The notes beneath the pieces are model-generated. The model did no database searches, was not told where the DNA came from, and worked only from the letters and a program-made list of their open reading frames with translations. The position numbers and the translations under genes are program-made. 64,000 nucleotides of DNA from a bacterium (GTDB lineage Bacteria > Zhuqueibacterota > Zhuqueibacteria > Oceanimicrobiales > Oceanimicrobiaceae), in NCBI GenBank assembly GCA_046757525.1, contig JBHHYI010000001.1, forward strand, positions 123,539 through 187,538, in the 5' to 3' direction. This document shows positions 8,243 to 17,779 of this stretch, one piece after another (within the stretch, counting starts at the first letter, position 1; each line of letters opens with the position of its first letter).

Positions 8243-10651
8243 ATGCTGCACCATGCACCCCATATTGAGAATCTGTTTGCCAGTGCCTCAGGTCTTCCCG
8301 CCCTCAAAAGCGAATTGCCTGATTCTATTGCTCCGGATTCATTCCACCTGATTTTGCAGCGATTTAAGGCCCTGGCTTTGCTCACACGACCGGTGGGTAA
8401 AGTGGGCGTGACCGTGATCGACGGGCTTCCGGAAACCCATGCTCTGGCCAAAATACGTTCTGACAAGGGAAACAGAGCCTTGCGGCAAGACGGGCATTTA
8501 GTCTTAAACCTGATTCGGGAAGCTTTGGCACCCATGCTCAAATCCAGGGACCTTGGGATTCTCCAAGGAGAGACGGAAGCCTTTGATTTAACCCCTCAGA
8601 AGGATGCCGAACCTTCTTTCGAGGGTGAGGTTCACCACACGTTGCATTTGGAAACTTTAGGAGAGGCAACGGTAAGCCTGAAAAAAGCAGGGAATAAGGT
8701 ACGGATCGAGATTGCGGTTGAGACGCTTCAGGCAAAAGACTGGTTAGAGGAGCAGTTAAAACACAGCGCCTTCAATAAAGAAGGCATCACCACCGAGGTT
8801 AGAGCCCTGCACTTGGAAAAGAGAGAGCTGGCGGCGCCGGCGTTGAAACCTGGAACCAAGAGTTTTGCAACGGGTCTCGAGGCTTTAAGCGCTGACAGAG
8901 CACCGAAAGCAGTCCTTTTGCACGGTCGACCAGCGACGCGTCTCAGCGACAACAGGAATGCAACGAGGACACACAGCAAAGGCCTTTTTGCAAATGCGAA
9001 CACGGAAGACACAGATTCTGTTGCGGTGCCTGAGTCGCAAGACCGTCCGGAGGCACGAGGCCCCAAACGAGTACGCGTAACCAAAGTAAGGCACGCAAAA
9101 GGGCATGCCGTTGCCCTGAACCAGGCGCTACGCAAAGCAAAGGCACGCCGGAGGCCCGAGAAGTTAGTCAGCCGGGTTGAAACGGGGCCAACAGTCGCCG
9201 GATCAAACCGGAAGCCAAAGGGTTCTGCAGGCAAAGCGGCGCCGGTGCAGACGCACGACCGCGGCATTTTGCTTTCCGCGGAAAAAGCGTTGGAACAGGC
9301 GACCAAAGGTGCTGAGGTCTTTGCTGCTAAGCCGGAGGCAGGGAGGATCAAAAGTTCAATGGCTTCTGTGCCTTTGTCCGGCCGCGCGCCTCATGGCGCT
9401 GCAGGAAACGCGGGTCCCGCAAGCATCTTACCAGAGAAGCCCGTGTTGACCCCTGCCACGGGCGGTGACCAGAGTGCAATCACCAAAGGTGCGAACGTTC
9501 AGGCTTTGAATAAGATGGAGGAATTCATCCTTAACGAGGCGCAAATTACTTCCCGTTTTCCCATTTCCGGGAAAACTCATCTGAAGATGCAGGTCGCAGA
9601 ATTGGGAGAGGTTTCCGTTGAAATAACCAATGCCGCGCAAAAAGTCGGCGTTGAAATAGGTGTTGAGAGCAACAGGGCGAAGAGCTTGATAGCCGGGCAT
9701 TTGAAGCATTTGACGTCACAGCTTGACCGCCTGGAAATAAAAGTTGCGTACCGTCCCTTGGAAAAATCTCACGACCCCGGGCCACACAACAAAAGGGAAA
9801 GATTCTCGCTGCGGGCCGGCACAGCCACTGACAAGAAAACGCCAGAGACCCCCAGGAATCCAACCGAAATATTCAGGGCGGGTCTAAATGAGGGAAGCAA
9901 AACGAAAAAGGGCGTCACCAAAAAAATGCAGGCCTCGACTTCAGACAGCGGCAAAGCGACGACCAGGCTCCAGGACCCTCAGGCGGGCTTTGGGAAACGC
10001 GCTGACCCTGTGGAAGAGTCGTCGGAGGATGGCGGAAAAGAATCTCGCGGCTTTCACGAACAAAAGTCTTCCCTGCAAAGCAACGAGTTTGGCGTGGGCG
10101 CTAAACACAAACGTGGTGAGAAGGTCTCTGGCGTTGAAACGGCGCCGTTAACCAGACACGGAAACTTTCCGACTGAAAACAAACTGGTTGCACCCGTAAA
10201 AGTAAGACAATCCCAGGTGCCAGAGATGATTCATCGCATCGCCAAAATGGTAGAAAACAGATTACAGGCTTCCAATTCCAGAATCGAAGTTCAGTTGGAC
10301 GTGGAAACCCTGGGTCTGATGAAGGTCGATGCTACCAGGCATCATGACTCCATTCATTTGCAGATTCAAGTTGAAAATGAAGAGGCCAAACGCTGGGTAG
10401 AGAGCCACTTGCGTCCCTTGAACAACCACATGACCAGGGAAGGCTTCCGAGTGGACAATCTGCAAGTGTCTGTCCAGGGTGAGAGGTCTGAAGGTCAGAG
10501 CAAACAAGGCAGATTCTACCATCCCTCGAAATTTGCCGGGGAGAAGCGCTACGCTACCCCGTCCGGAGTTGCCGGGGCGGCCGCAGAGAGTGCTCCGGTA
10601 TACTCGGAGCAACGGAGCTTTGGTTACAACACTCTCGAGGTCTGGGGTTGA
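8243..10651 (+). CDS. fliK: Flagellar hook-length control protein FliK (802 aa, three switch-domain-like repeats)
   Basis: Long low-complexity Ala/Lys/Pro-rich body; C-terminal VQLDVETLG..L..EGFRVDNLQV domain; directly upstream of flgD. Confidence 0.85.
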   Translation: MLHHAPHIENLFASASGLPALKSELPDSIAPDSFHLILQRFKALALLTRPVGKVGVTVIDGLPETHALAKIRSDKGNRALRQDGHLVLNLIREALAPMLKSRDLGILQGETEAFDLTPQKDAEPSFEGEVHHTLHLETLGEATVSLKKAGNKVRIEIAVETLQAKDWLEEQLKHSAFNKEGITTEVRALHLEKRELAAPALKPGTKSFATGLEALSADRAPKAVLLHGRPATRLSDNRNATRTHSKGLFANANTEDTDSVAVPESQDRPEARGPKRVRVTKVRHAKGHAVALNQALRKAKARRRPEKLVSRVETGPTVAGSNRKPKGSAGKAAPVQTHDRGILLSAEKALEQATKGAEVFAAKPEAGRIKSSMASVPLSGRAPHGAAGNAGPASILPEKPVLTPATGGDQSAITKGANVQALNKMEEFILNEAQITSRFPISGKTHLKMQVAELGEVSVEITNAAQKVGVEIGVESNRAKSLIAGHLKHLTSQLDRLEIKVAYRPLEKSHDPGPHNKRERFSLRAGTATDKKTPETPRNPTEIFRAGLNEGSKTKKGVTKKMQASTSDSGKATTRLQDPQAGFGKRADPVEESSEDGGKESRGFHEQKSSLQSNEFGVGAKHKRGEKVSGVETAPLTRHGNFPTENKLVAPVKVRQSQVPEMIHRIAKMVENRLQASNSRIEVQLDVETLGLMKVDATRHHDSIHLQIQVENEEAKRWVESHLRPLNNHMTREGFRVDNLQVSVQGERSEGQSKQGRFYHPSKFAGEKRYATPSGVAGAAAESAPVYSEQRSFGYNTLEVWG

Positions 10652-10739
10652 ACCAGCTAAACTGAAGGAGAATCGCAGTTACAAAGCGGTTAGATTATTA
10701 ATTTTGCAGATGCATTTCAACAAAATGGAGGATTGAACC

Positions 10740-11420
10740 ATGTTAAGCACGGGACCGGTAGGACCAAATGCTACCCAGAACGTCCTGGGAGGTTCGCAAG
10801 ACATACTGGGCAAGGATGATTTTTTGAGGATATTGGTTTCACAATTGCGCAATCAGGACCCAATAAATCCGATCAAGAGCGAAGAGTTTGCCGCACAACT
10901 GGCCCAGTTCAGCTCGGTAGAACAGCTTCAGAATATCAATGCAAATCTGGAGAACAGCATCCAAACGAATCTTTTGCTCAACCAGGCAATCAACAACACC
11001 ATGGCCACCACGCTCATAGGGAAGAACGTCAAAGCGTTTGGTAACGCGGTCTCCCTGGCTGACGGAGAATCGGTTGGCCTGCATTACAGCTTGTCTTCTC
11101 CAGCAGAAAACGTAACCATTCAAATCATGGACAGCAATGGTACGGTTGTTCGAACTGTTGAACTGAAGGGTCAAGCCCAGGGCGAGCAAACATTTGAGTG
11201 GGACGGAAAAGACGCCGAAGGCAATGTTTTAGCGGACGGCAAGTACACGTTTGCCATCAACGCCACAGATGGGAACGGCGATGGTGTGGCCGCGACCACC
11301 TTCATCAGCGGTGTCATCGATGGGATTAAATACGAAAACGGCAGTGCGTTGCTGCTACTTGGAGACCTGGAAGTGAATCTGTCGGATGTCGTGGAAATCA
11401 GTACCCCTGAGATTCCCTAA
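10740..11420 (+). CDS. flgD: Flagellar hook capping protein FlgD
   Basis: LGKDDFLRILVSQLRNQDPINP, AQLAQFSSVEQ, FEWDGKD. Confidence 0.97.
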   Translation: MLSTGPVGPNATQNVLGGSQDILGKDDFLRILVSQLRNQDPINPIKSEEFAAQLAQFSSVEQLQNINANLENSIQTNLLLNQAINNTMATTLIGKNVKAFGNAVSLADGESVGLHYSLSSPAENVTIQIMDSNGTVVRTVELKGQAQGEQTFEWDGKDAEGNVLADGKYTFAINATDGNGDGVAATTFISGVIDGIKYENGSALLLLGDLEVNLSDVVEISTPEIP

Positions 11421-11461
11421 CCGGACAGGAACCAAACCGGGACCAATACTGGAGACCTGAG

Positions 11462-11842
11462 ATGAAAATTCACCAATTGCCGGGGCAAGTTCAGCCTGAT
11501 TCCCTCCAGCCAAATAGGAGGACCGAAGGCTTTCAGCAAGGTTCTTTTGCCAGCGTGCTGCAAAGCAAGCTCTCGCAAAGTGCCGGCTCCTTGAAGTTCT
11601 CGGCTCATGCGATTGATCGGCTGGTATCGCGGAAGGTTCGGCTGAGCTCGCAGGACATTTCAAGACTGCAGCACGCGGTTCACCAGTTGGAGCAAAAGGG
11701 CGGAAACGAATCCCTGGTGCTTATGGGTGACCTGGCGCTGGTGGTCAGTGTTAAAAACAACACGGTCATCACGGCTGTAAACAGGAGCCCTAACGATGAA
11801 GCAAAGATATTCACCAACATCGATAGTGCTTTAATTTTGTGA
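11462..11842 (+). CDS. Conserved flagellar operon protein (TIGR02530-like)
   Basis: LKFSAHAIDRL, KGGNESLVL, VVSVKNNTVITA, IFTNIDSA; located between flgD and flgE. Confidence 0.9.
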   Translation: MKIHQLPGQVQPDSLQPNRRTEGFQQGSFASVLQSKLSQSAGSLKFSAHAIDRLVSRKVRLSSQDISRLQHAVHQLEQKGGNESLVLMGDLALVVSVKNNTVITAVNRSPNDEAKIFTNIDSALIL

Positions 11843-11848
11843 TCGATT

Positions 11849-11909
11849 GGGTCGGACCCCAAATTGGTTTTTGGGGAGGCCCTCCACTGTGGAACGACAG
11901 AAGCAGTGG
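11849..11909 (+). promoter_or_regulatory. Two-hairpin cis-regulatory RNA candidate in the flgE leader
   Basis: GGGTC-GGA-CCCCAAA/TTTGGGG-A-GGCCC stem with internal loop, then CCACTGT-GGAACGACAGAA-GCAGTGG hairpin; no U-tract. Confidence 0.6.
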
Positions 11910-11954
11910 CTGTAATTCACTGGTTTTACTTACCTAAATCTGGAGGGCTGCATC

Positions 11955-13598
11955 ATGATGCGCTCATTATTTTCAGGTGTGTCTGGTTTACGTAACCAGC
12001 AAATTAAGATGGACGTCATTGGTAATAACATTGCAAATGTGAACACCATAGGCTTCAAGGGATCGAAGGTGAATTTCCTCGAGGAAGTGGGACAAGTATT
12101 AGCCAGAGGGGGCACCTCGGTGGCAGGCGGTTCTTTCAATGCAGTGCAAGTTGGCCTGGGGGTAAAAACCGGCAGCGTGGATCGGCAGTATTCCCAGGGG
12201 ATTCTTCAAACCACCGGAAATGTGACTGACCTGGGGCTTCAGGGCAATGGCTTCTTCGTGGTTGGTGACTCTGACCGACAGTTCTTTACCCGGGCCGGGA
12301 ACTTTCATTACGACAGTCAGGGCCGGTTGATGACTACCACCGGACTCTTTGTCAAGGGCTGGATGGCAGATCCAACAGGGGAATTATCCAAGAGCTCGAC
12401 CCTTACTGAGATTGTTGTAGACCCGTCCTTGGTGTCTCCCGCCAAGGCCACAACGAAAATCTCCCTTGCCGGCAACTTAGATGCCAGCGCGGTTCCGGTA
12501 CAAGAGGTCTGGACGGCGGGTAAGGTGTTGACGGTGGCTGCAAGCGGAAACCCGGCGGTGGGAACCACCGACCTGAATGCGTTGACTCAAACCACAACGC
12601 CTCTGGTTGCCGGAGACACGATTACCATTACTGGTACAAATCCGGACGGTTCGGCGGTAAGCGGTACTTTCACCTACGGCGCCAGCAACGACGGAACTAC
12701 CGTCGATGATTTCCTGGCTGTCATAAATTCCGCTTACAGCGGAGCGACTGCGACATTAGACAGCGGCAAAATCGTCCTGACCGATGACAACTTTGGCGCC
12801 AGCGATTTGACCATAGTCCTGGCTAACGGGGCTTCGAACACCGGGGTCATTTCCTTACCGAGCTTTGTGAATTCAGCCGAAGGCTTCACGCCGAAAACGA
12901 CCGCCTCGACGGTCATTTATGACAGTTTGGGCACGCCACACACCGCCAACATTGAATTCACGAAAACAGAAAACGAGCGCGAATGGCGCTTCACGGTGAC
13001 TCTGTCTGGTAGCGAAACCGTCTTAGAAGGGGGTTCGGGAACTTTAACGTTCAAACCTGATGGTTCAATAGAAACAATTGCTTACGACGGTGCTGAATCT
13101 GCCTTCAAATTCGATCCCAACAACGGAGCCAATCCCGTAGCCATAAACTTGGATTTTGGCAACGCGTCTGGCGTCAATGGTCTGACCCAGTTCGATGGCA
13201 GTTCAAACGTCATCATCCCGACTCAAGACGGACAACCACACGGAGCCTTGTCATCGCTGTCGATTGACGAAAGTGGTCGAATTATTGGTTCGTTCACCAA
13301 CGGCAATAATCGTTTGATTGCTCAGATAGCGCTGGCGAAGTTCAACAACCCGGGCGGTCTGGTTCACCTGGGCAACAACATATTTGAAAAGACCGAGGGA
13401 TCGGGTAGCCCGCTGATTGGCAAAGCTGGCGAGGATATCAGCACGGCCGTCATCTCGGGTAGTCTGGAATCTTCGAATGTGGATTTAGCCGAGGAGTTCT
13501 CTGAAATGATCATTGCGCAGCGAGCCTTTCAGGCGAACGCGCGAACGATCACAGTTAGCGATCAATTCCTCAACGAAGTCGTTCAGTTGAAGAGATAA
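11955..13598 (+). CDS. flgE: Flagellar hook protein FlgE with extra central domain
   Basis: MMRSLFSGVSGL, GNNIANVNTIGFK, GNGFF, TRAGNF, LESSNVDLAEEFSEMIIAQRAFQANA. Confidence 0.97.
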   Translation: MMRSLFSGVSGLRNQQIKMDVIGNNIANVNTIGFKGSKVNFLEEVGQVLARGGTSVAGGSFNAVQVGLGVKTGSVDRQYSQGILQTTGNVTDLGLQGNGFFVVGDSDRQFFTRAGNFHYDSQGRLMTTTGLFVKGWMADPTGELSKSSTLTEIVVDPSLVSPAKATTKISLAGNLDASAVPVQEVWTAGKVLTVAASGNPAVGTTDLNALTQTTTPLVAGDTITITGTNPDGSAVSGTFTYGASNDGTTVDDFLAVINSAYSGATATLDSGKIVLTDDNFGASDLTIVLANGASNTGVISLPSFVNSAEGFTPKTTASTVIYDSLGTPHTANIEFTKTENEREWRFTVTLSGSETVLEGGSGTLTFKPDGSIETIAYDGAESAFKFDPNNGANPVAINLDFGNASGVNGLTQFDGSSNVIIPTQDGQPHGALSSLSIDESGRIIGSFTNGNNRLIAQIALAKFNNPGGLVHLGNNIFEKTEGSGSPLIGKAGEDISTAVISGSLESSNVDLAEEFSEMIIAQRAFQANARTITVSDQFLNEVVQLKR

Positions 13599-13618
13599 TT
13601 TATTGAATGTTAAAACAT

Positions 13619-13672
13619 CTGGGTGTGGGAAGAGTCGCGCTTGCGTTGGTAAATCCCACACCCAGGTCCTTT
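13619..13672 (+). terminator. Perfect 12-bp inverted repeat after flgE (terminator or mRNA stabiliser)
   Basis: CTGGGTGTGGGA (13619-13630) / TCCCACACCCAG (13654-13665), followed by GTCCTTTT. Confidence 0.55.
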
Positions 13673-13700
13673 TGATTAATTCAAATGGGTTGCTTTTGAA

Positions 13701-14492
13701 ATGGATAAGTCAACTGTTATTGGAATCGTTGCTGGCATGCTCCTTTTGGGCATCTCCCTTTTCATGGGCACAGGGTGGCAGATGTTTTTCAGCTTGCCTT
13801 CTTTTCTCATCGTGGTTGGAGGCACCATAGCTGCCACATTGGTCAATTTTCCTTTGAACGATGTAATTAGTGTCATGAAAATAACCCAAAAGGTGCTGCT
13901 GCACAAGTCAATTGCTCCGGAAACCTACATCGAGAGGATTGTGCAGTTGGCAAAAAAGGCAAGATCCAACGGCCTGTTAGCCATCGAGCAGGATTTAGAT
14001 GAGATCGACATGGATTTCTTGAAGTCAGGGTTGCAACATGTCATCAATGGCGCGGAGCCCGAAGACCTTCGCAATATCTTGGAGATGGATCTTTATGTGA
14101 TGACCAAAAGGCATGATATCGGACAAAAAATGTTTCTCGCCATGGGGACCTACGCGCCCGCCTTTGGTATGATTGGGACATTAATAGGTCTGATCAAGAT
14201 GTTGCAAAGTTTGGAGGACCCTACTGGAATCGGTCCCGGCATGGCCCTGGCCATGGTAACGACTTTTTATGGCGCACTGCTTGCCAATCTCTTTTTCCTG
14301 CCAATGGCCGGGAAATTAAAACATCGCTCCGGAGAAGAGACCATTTTCAAAGAGATGTTGTTGCAGGGCATACTGTCCATGCAAGCCGAAGAATCGCCAA
14401 GAGTAATCAAGAACAAGCTGTTAACTTACCTGGCGCCTAATACGAGAAATAACGGGAAGCACGCAGAAAAAGAGGTAAAGACCAGTGAGTGA
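13701..14492 (+). CDS. motA: Flagellar stator subunit MotA/PomA
   Basis: SFLIVVGGT, ARSNGLLAIE, APAFGMIGTLIGL, MVTTFYG. Confidence 0.96.
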   Translation: MDKSTVIGIVAGMLLLGISLFMGTGWQMFFSLPSFLIVVGGTIAATLVNFPLNDVISVMKITQKVLLHKSIAPETYIERIVQLAKKARSNGLLAIEQDLDEIDMDFLKSGLQHVINGAEPEDLRNILEMDLYVMTKRHDIGQKMFLAMGTYAPAFGMIGTLIGLIKMLQSLEDPTGIGPGMALAMVTTFYGALLANLFFLPMAGKLKHRSGEETIFKEMLLQGILSMQAEESPRVIKNKLLTYLAPNTRNNGKHAEKEVKTSE

Positions 14493-15189
14493 TCGGAAAA
14501 ACAACTGCAATTGTGAAGAAGACGATACCCCGTCGTCGCCAGCGTGGATGACCACCTACGGTGACATGATGACTCTGCTGATGACGTTTTTCATCTTGAT
14601 CATGTCATTTTCGTCGATTCAAATCGACAAGTTCAAGGCGGCCATGGGCTCGTTGCAGGGGGCTTTTGGTGTATTAGGCCACTCCAAAGAGGTCAACGTG
14701 GACCGCAGTTGGTTTTCTCCCTTCATGGTCGATATGAAAAGAGAGAAGATATTGAACCAGGTAGACAACTTGCGGGAACTGCTTGAAAAAAACAATTTGG
14801 AAGATTCTATTGAATTATCTGGATCGGATACGGAGGTGACCATCCGCTTCAAAGACCACATTCTCTTTCCCTCCGGGGGGGCAGAGTTAAAGCCGTCATT
14901 TTTGCCCATATTCAAGAAAATCACTCGCATCATCATAAAGGGTGCAGGAGAAGTCAAAGTAGAAGGACATACCGATAATCTCCCAATTCACACCAGCCAA
15001 TATCCGTCTAATTGGGAATTATCAATTGCCCGGGCGCTGAGCGTGCTCAGATATCTGGTACAGGAAGAAGGCCTCAATCCGACAAAGCTTTCTGCAGCGG
15101 GATTCAGCCAATTTCGTCCTTTAGTTCCTAACAATTCTCCCGATAATCGTGCCAAAAACAGAAGGGTAGAAATTCATCTGAGATGGTGA
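14485..15189 (+). CDS. motB: Flagellar stator subunit MotB/PomB
   Basis: WMTTYGDMMTLLMTFF TM; OmpA-like VEGHTD, NWELSIARA, NRRVEI. Confidence 0.96.
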   Translation: MSDRKNNCNCEEDDTPSSPAWMTTYGDMMTLLMTFFILIMSFSSIQIDKFKAAMGSLQGAFGVLGHSKEVNVDRSWFSPFMVDMKREKILNQVDNLRELLEKNNLEDSIELSGSDTEVTIRFKDHILFPSGGAELKPSFLPIFKKITRIIIKGAGEVKVEGHTDNLPIHTSQYPSNWELSIARALSVLRYLVQEEGLNPTKLSAAGFSQFRPLVPNNSPDNRAKNRRVEIHLRW

Positions 15190-15221
15190 GGGTTTTGCTC
15201 AAAAAGAGAGGCGAATGAAGC

Positions 15222-15728
15222 ATGGCAGACGACACCAATAAAAATAAAGAATTAGAAAAAACATCCGATGTAAAGAAGGGAAGGAATGGGAAAATTCTAA
15301 AAATACTGTTGATCCCGATCATTTTGGTTGTGCAGGCTGGCGTAGCCTATTTTGTGGTGGTTAACTATTTAATCGGTAAACCTGAGAATCCTCAAAGCAA
15401 ACCCTCAAAGCAGCACAACCAGGAGGTAGGGCAGTTCTTAGAAATTAAGGACATCGTCGTCAATCCGGCGGGCACCCTGGGAAGAAGGTTTCTGGTCGCT
15501 GAAATGGGATTGGAAACACATAATCCTGATTTAATCGAAGAGGCTGAAACCAAGAGAATCTGGATAAGAGACGCAGTCTTATCCTTTTTGCGAGAACAGA
15601 CTTCCGAAGAACTGCTCGATCTTTCCAAGAGGGAGGCCCTGAAAGCAAAACTTTTGCAGGTCGTCAACAAAAAACTGACGAAAGCTAAATTTGAGAAGTT
15701 GTACTTCACCAAATACATCATGCAATGA
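15222..15728 (+). CDS. fliL: Flagellar basal body-associated protein FliL
   Basis: Single TM, IVVNP, IRDAVL, LYFTKYIMQ C-terminus. Confidence 0.92.
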   Translation: MADDTNKNKELEKTSDVKKGRNGKILKILLIPIILVVQAGVAYFVVVNYLIGKPENPQSKPSKQHNQEVGQFLEIKDIVVNPAGTLGRRFLVAEMGLETHNPDLIEEAETKRIWIRDAVLSFLREQTSEELLDLSKREALKAKLLQVVNKKLTKAKFEKLYFTKYIMQ

Positions 15729-16195
15729 CCCAAGAGGCGCTTATGGCAGAAGAGATGGAACAAGTGGCCGACACTCCGGCACCAGGAGATGCTTTGGCAG
15801 AACAAGGTGCTGCTGACCCACCCGCTGAACAGGCTGATACCAGTTCGGCCGCTGAGAAACCGGAATCTATTGCAAAGCCGGAGAGGCCTGACAGTGAAAG
15901 CGATGACAACGGCCAGGAACTCCTGGGGTTCGATCAGAATAATCTGGGGCTGCTCATGGACGTTTCGCTGCAAGTTACCGTGGAGCTTGGTCGCAAAGAA
16001 ATGCAGTTCGGGGAAATATTGCAGTTGGGCAAGGGTTCAGTAATCGAGTTGAATAAGATGGCCGAAGATCCCATCGCCATTTACGTAAACCAGAGCAAAA
16101 TAGCACAAGGCGAGGTCGTGGTGGTTGACGAGCATTTTGGAGTCCGCATTACGAAGTTGATGAACCGTTCCAACGTGATACGCAACCTGGGTTGA
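15725..16195 (+). CDS. fliN: Flagellar motor switch protein FliN
   Basis: LLMDVSLQVTVELG, GSVIEL, IAQGEVVVVDEHFGVRIT; acidic disordered N-terminus. Confidence 0.95.
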   Translation: MTQEALMAEEMEQVADTPAPGDALAEQGAADPPAEQADTSSAAEKPESIAKPERPDSESDDNGQELLGFDQNNLGLLMDVSLQVTVELGRKEMQFGEILQLGKGSVIELNKMAEDPIAIYVNQSKIAQGEVVVVDEHFGVRITKLMNRSNVIRNLG

Positions 16196-16198
16196 CAA

Positions 16199-16717
16199 AT
16201 GAACAAGAAAAGAGGCCTTACCCTTGTCGGGGTGATTTTTTTTTTGTTGGCTTTGCTCATCGGGATGTACAAATTGGAGGCGCAGCTCGCTGACAAAAAT
16301 CGAGAAGAAGGTGCCAAACCTCAAGTAGTACAACCTTCGCAGGCTCCTCAAAATGATTCTTGCTCCGATCCAGGTTATCTGTTGCTTAAAGCAGCCGCAC
16401 TCATTGTCATATTCTCGGTGGTCCTTTATTTCCTGTTGAGAAGCAGCAAGAACTTTATTTTCACCAAAACGTTTGCTGGGAGTTCGTCGGGAATCCAGAT
16501 TAAGGGAAGCAAGATAATAGGTCCGCACAAATGGCTTTATATCGTTGACGTACTTGGCCATATCCTGCTTTTGGGAGTTACCGAAAAGCAGGTTACCGTG
16601 CTTTTGGATATGCCTTTTGAGAACCTGAGCGAAGAAGAAAAAAGATTGTGGAACGACGAAGTAAAAACTTCAGAACCAAACTTCAAGAAGCTTTTGCATC
16701 ATTGGCTTAGGAAGTAG
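16199..16717 (+). CDS. fliO: Flagellar biosynthesis protein FliO
   Basis: TM followed by IIGPHKWLYIVDV..LLLGVTEKQVTVL; located between fliN and fliP. Confidence 0.85.
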   Translation: MNKKRGLTLVGVIFFLLALLIGMYKLEAQLADKNREEGAKPQVVQPSQAPQNDSCSDPGYLLLKAAALIVIFSVVLYFLLRSSKNFIFTKTFAGSSSGIQIKGSKIIGPHKWLYIVDVLGHILLLGVTEKQVTVLLDMPFENLSEEEKRLWNDEVKTSEPNFKKLLHHWLRK

Positions 16718-16721
16718 CCCT

Positions 16722-17486
16722 ATGGACCAGAGATCGCGGATATGGAAGTCCTGCCTGTTGCTTGGACTCGTGGCCTTGCTGCTACTCACTTCGTTTCATT
16801 CCCTTTCTGCGCAACCTTTGCCAAAGATTACCCTGGAATTTCCCAAGCAAACAGGCAAGCAAGATACGTCGTTGGCGATTCAAATTCTTTTCTTGATTAC
16901 GGTTCTGTCGATTGCGCCGGCGATTTTGGTCATGATGACTTCGTTTACGCGCCTGGTGATCGTGTTTCATTTTCTGCGGATGGCTCTGGGGACTCAGCAA
17001 TCGCCTGGCAATCAAATCATCATTGGACTGTCTCTGTTTTTGACTTACTTCATCATGCAGCCGGTTTGGAATGAAATTAATCAAAGCAGTATTCAGCCTT
17101 ATTTGCAGGACAAAGTCACGCAGCAACAGGCTTTGAACAACGCTCTAAAACCGGTTCGCAAGTTCATGTTTAAAGAGACCCGCGAAAAGGACCTCATGCT
17201 TTTCGTGAAATTAGCAAAAATTCAAAGACCGAAAACCCGGGAGAATTTGCCGACTTATGTGCTAATTCCGTCGTTCATAATCAGTGAGTTGCGCATTGCC
17301 TTTCAGATCGGCTTTATGGTTTACCTGCCCCTGGTGTTGATCGACCTCATCGTGGGCGTAATCTTGATGTCCATGGGCATGATGATGTTGCCGCCGATTA
17401 TGATTTCGTTACCGTTCAAGATTCTGCTCTTCATCCTGGTCGATGGGTGGCATCTGGTGGTGCAGTCGGTGGTTTCCGGATTTTGA
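16722..17486 (+). CDS. fliP: Flagellar export gate protein FliP
   Basis: MMTSFTR, ALGTQQSP, PSFIISELRIAFQIGF, MGMMMLPP, LPFKILLFILVDGW. Confidence 0.98.
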   Translation: MDQRSRIWKSCLLLGLVALLLLTSFHSLSAQPLPKITLEFPKQTGKQDTSLAIQILFLITVLSIAPAILVMMTSFTRLVIVFHFLRMALGTQQSPGNQIIIGLSLFLTYFIMQPVWNEINQSSIQPYLQDKVTQQQALNNALKPVRKFMFKETREKDLMLFVKLAKIQRPKTRENLPTYVLIPSFIISELRIAFQIGFMVYLPLVLIDLIVGVILMSMGMMMLPPIMISLPFKILLFILVDGWHLVVQSVVSGF

Positions 17487-17508
17487 TGGAATTGGAGGTG
17501 CGTACGCA

Positions 17509-17778
17509 ATGACGACGGATTTCGTACTTTATTGGGGGCAACAAACTGTTAAGACTGCGCTGCTAATCACGGCACCGATTTTGATTGGCGGCATGCTGGT
17601 TGGCCTGATCATCGGAATCTTTCAGGCAGTCACACAGATACACGAAATGACTCTGTCGTTTATTCCCAAGATGGCGGTCGTCATTCTCATCATTCTCTTT
17701 TTGATGCCGTGGATGTTGGGTGTCTTGACCGATTTTGCCAGCCATGCATTTTCGCAAATATCTGTGATTTCTCATTGA
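17509..17778 (+). CDS. fliQ: Flagellar export gate protein FliQ
   Basis: GLIIGIFQAVTQIHEMTLSFIPK; GGAGG RBS before ATG 17509. Confidence 0.97.
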   Translation: MTTDFVLYWGQQTVKTALLITAPILIGGMLVGLIIGIFQAVTQIHEMTLSFIPKMAVVILIILFLMPWMLGVLTDFASHAFSQISVISH

Positions 17779-17779
17779 G

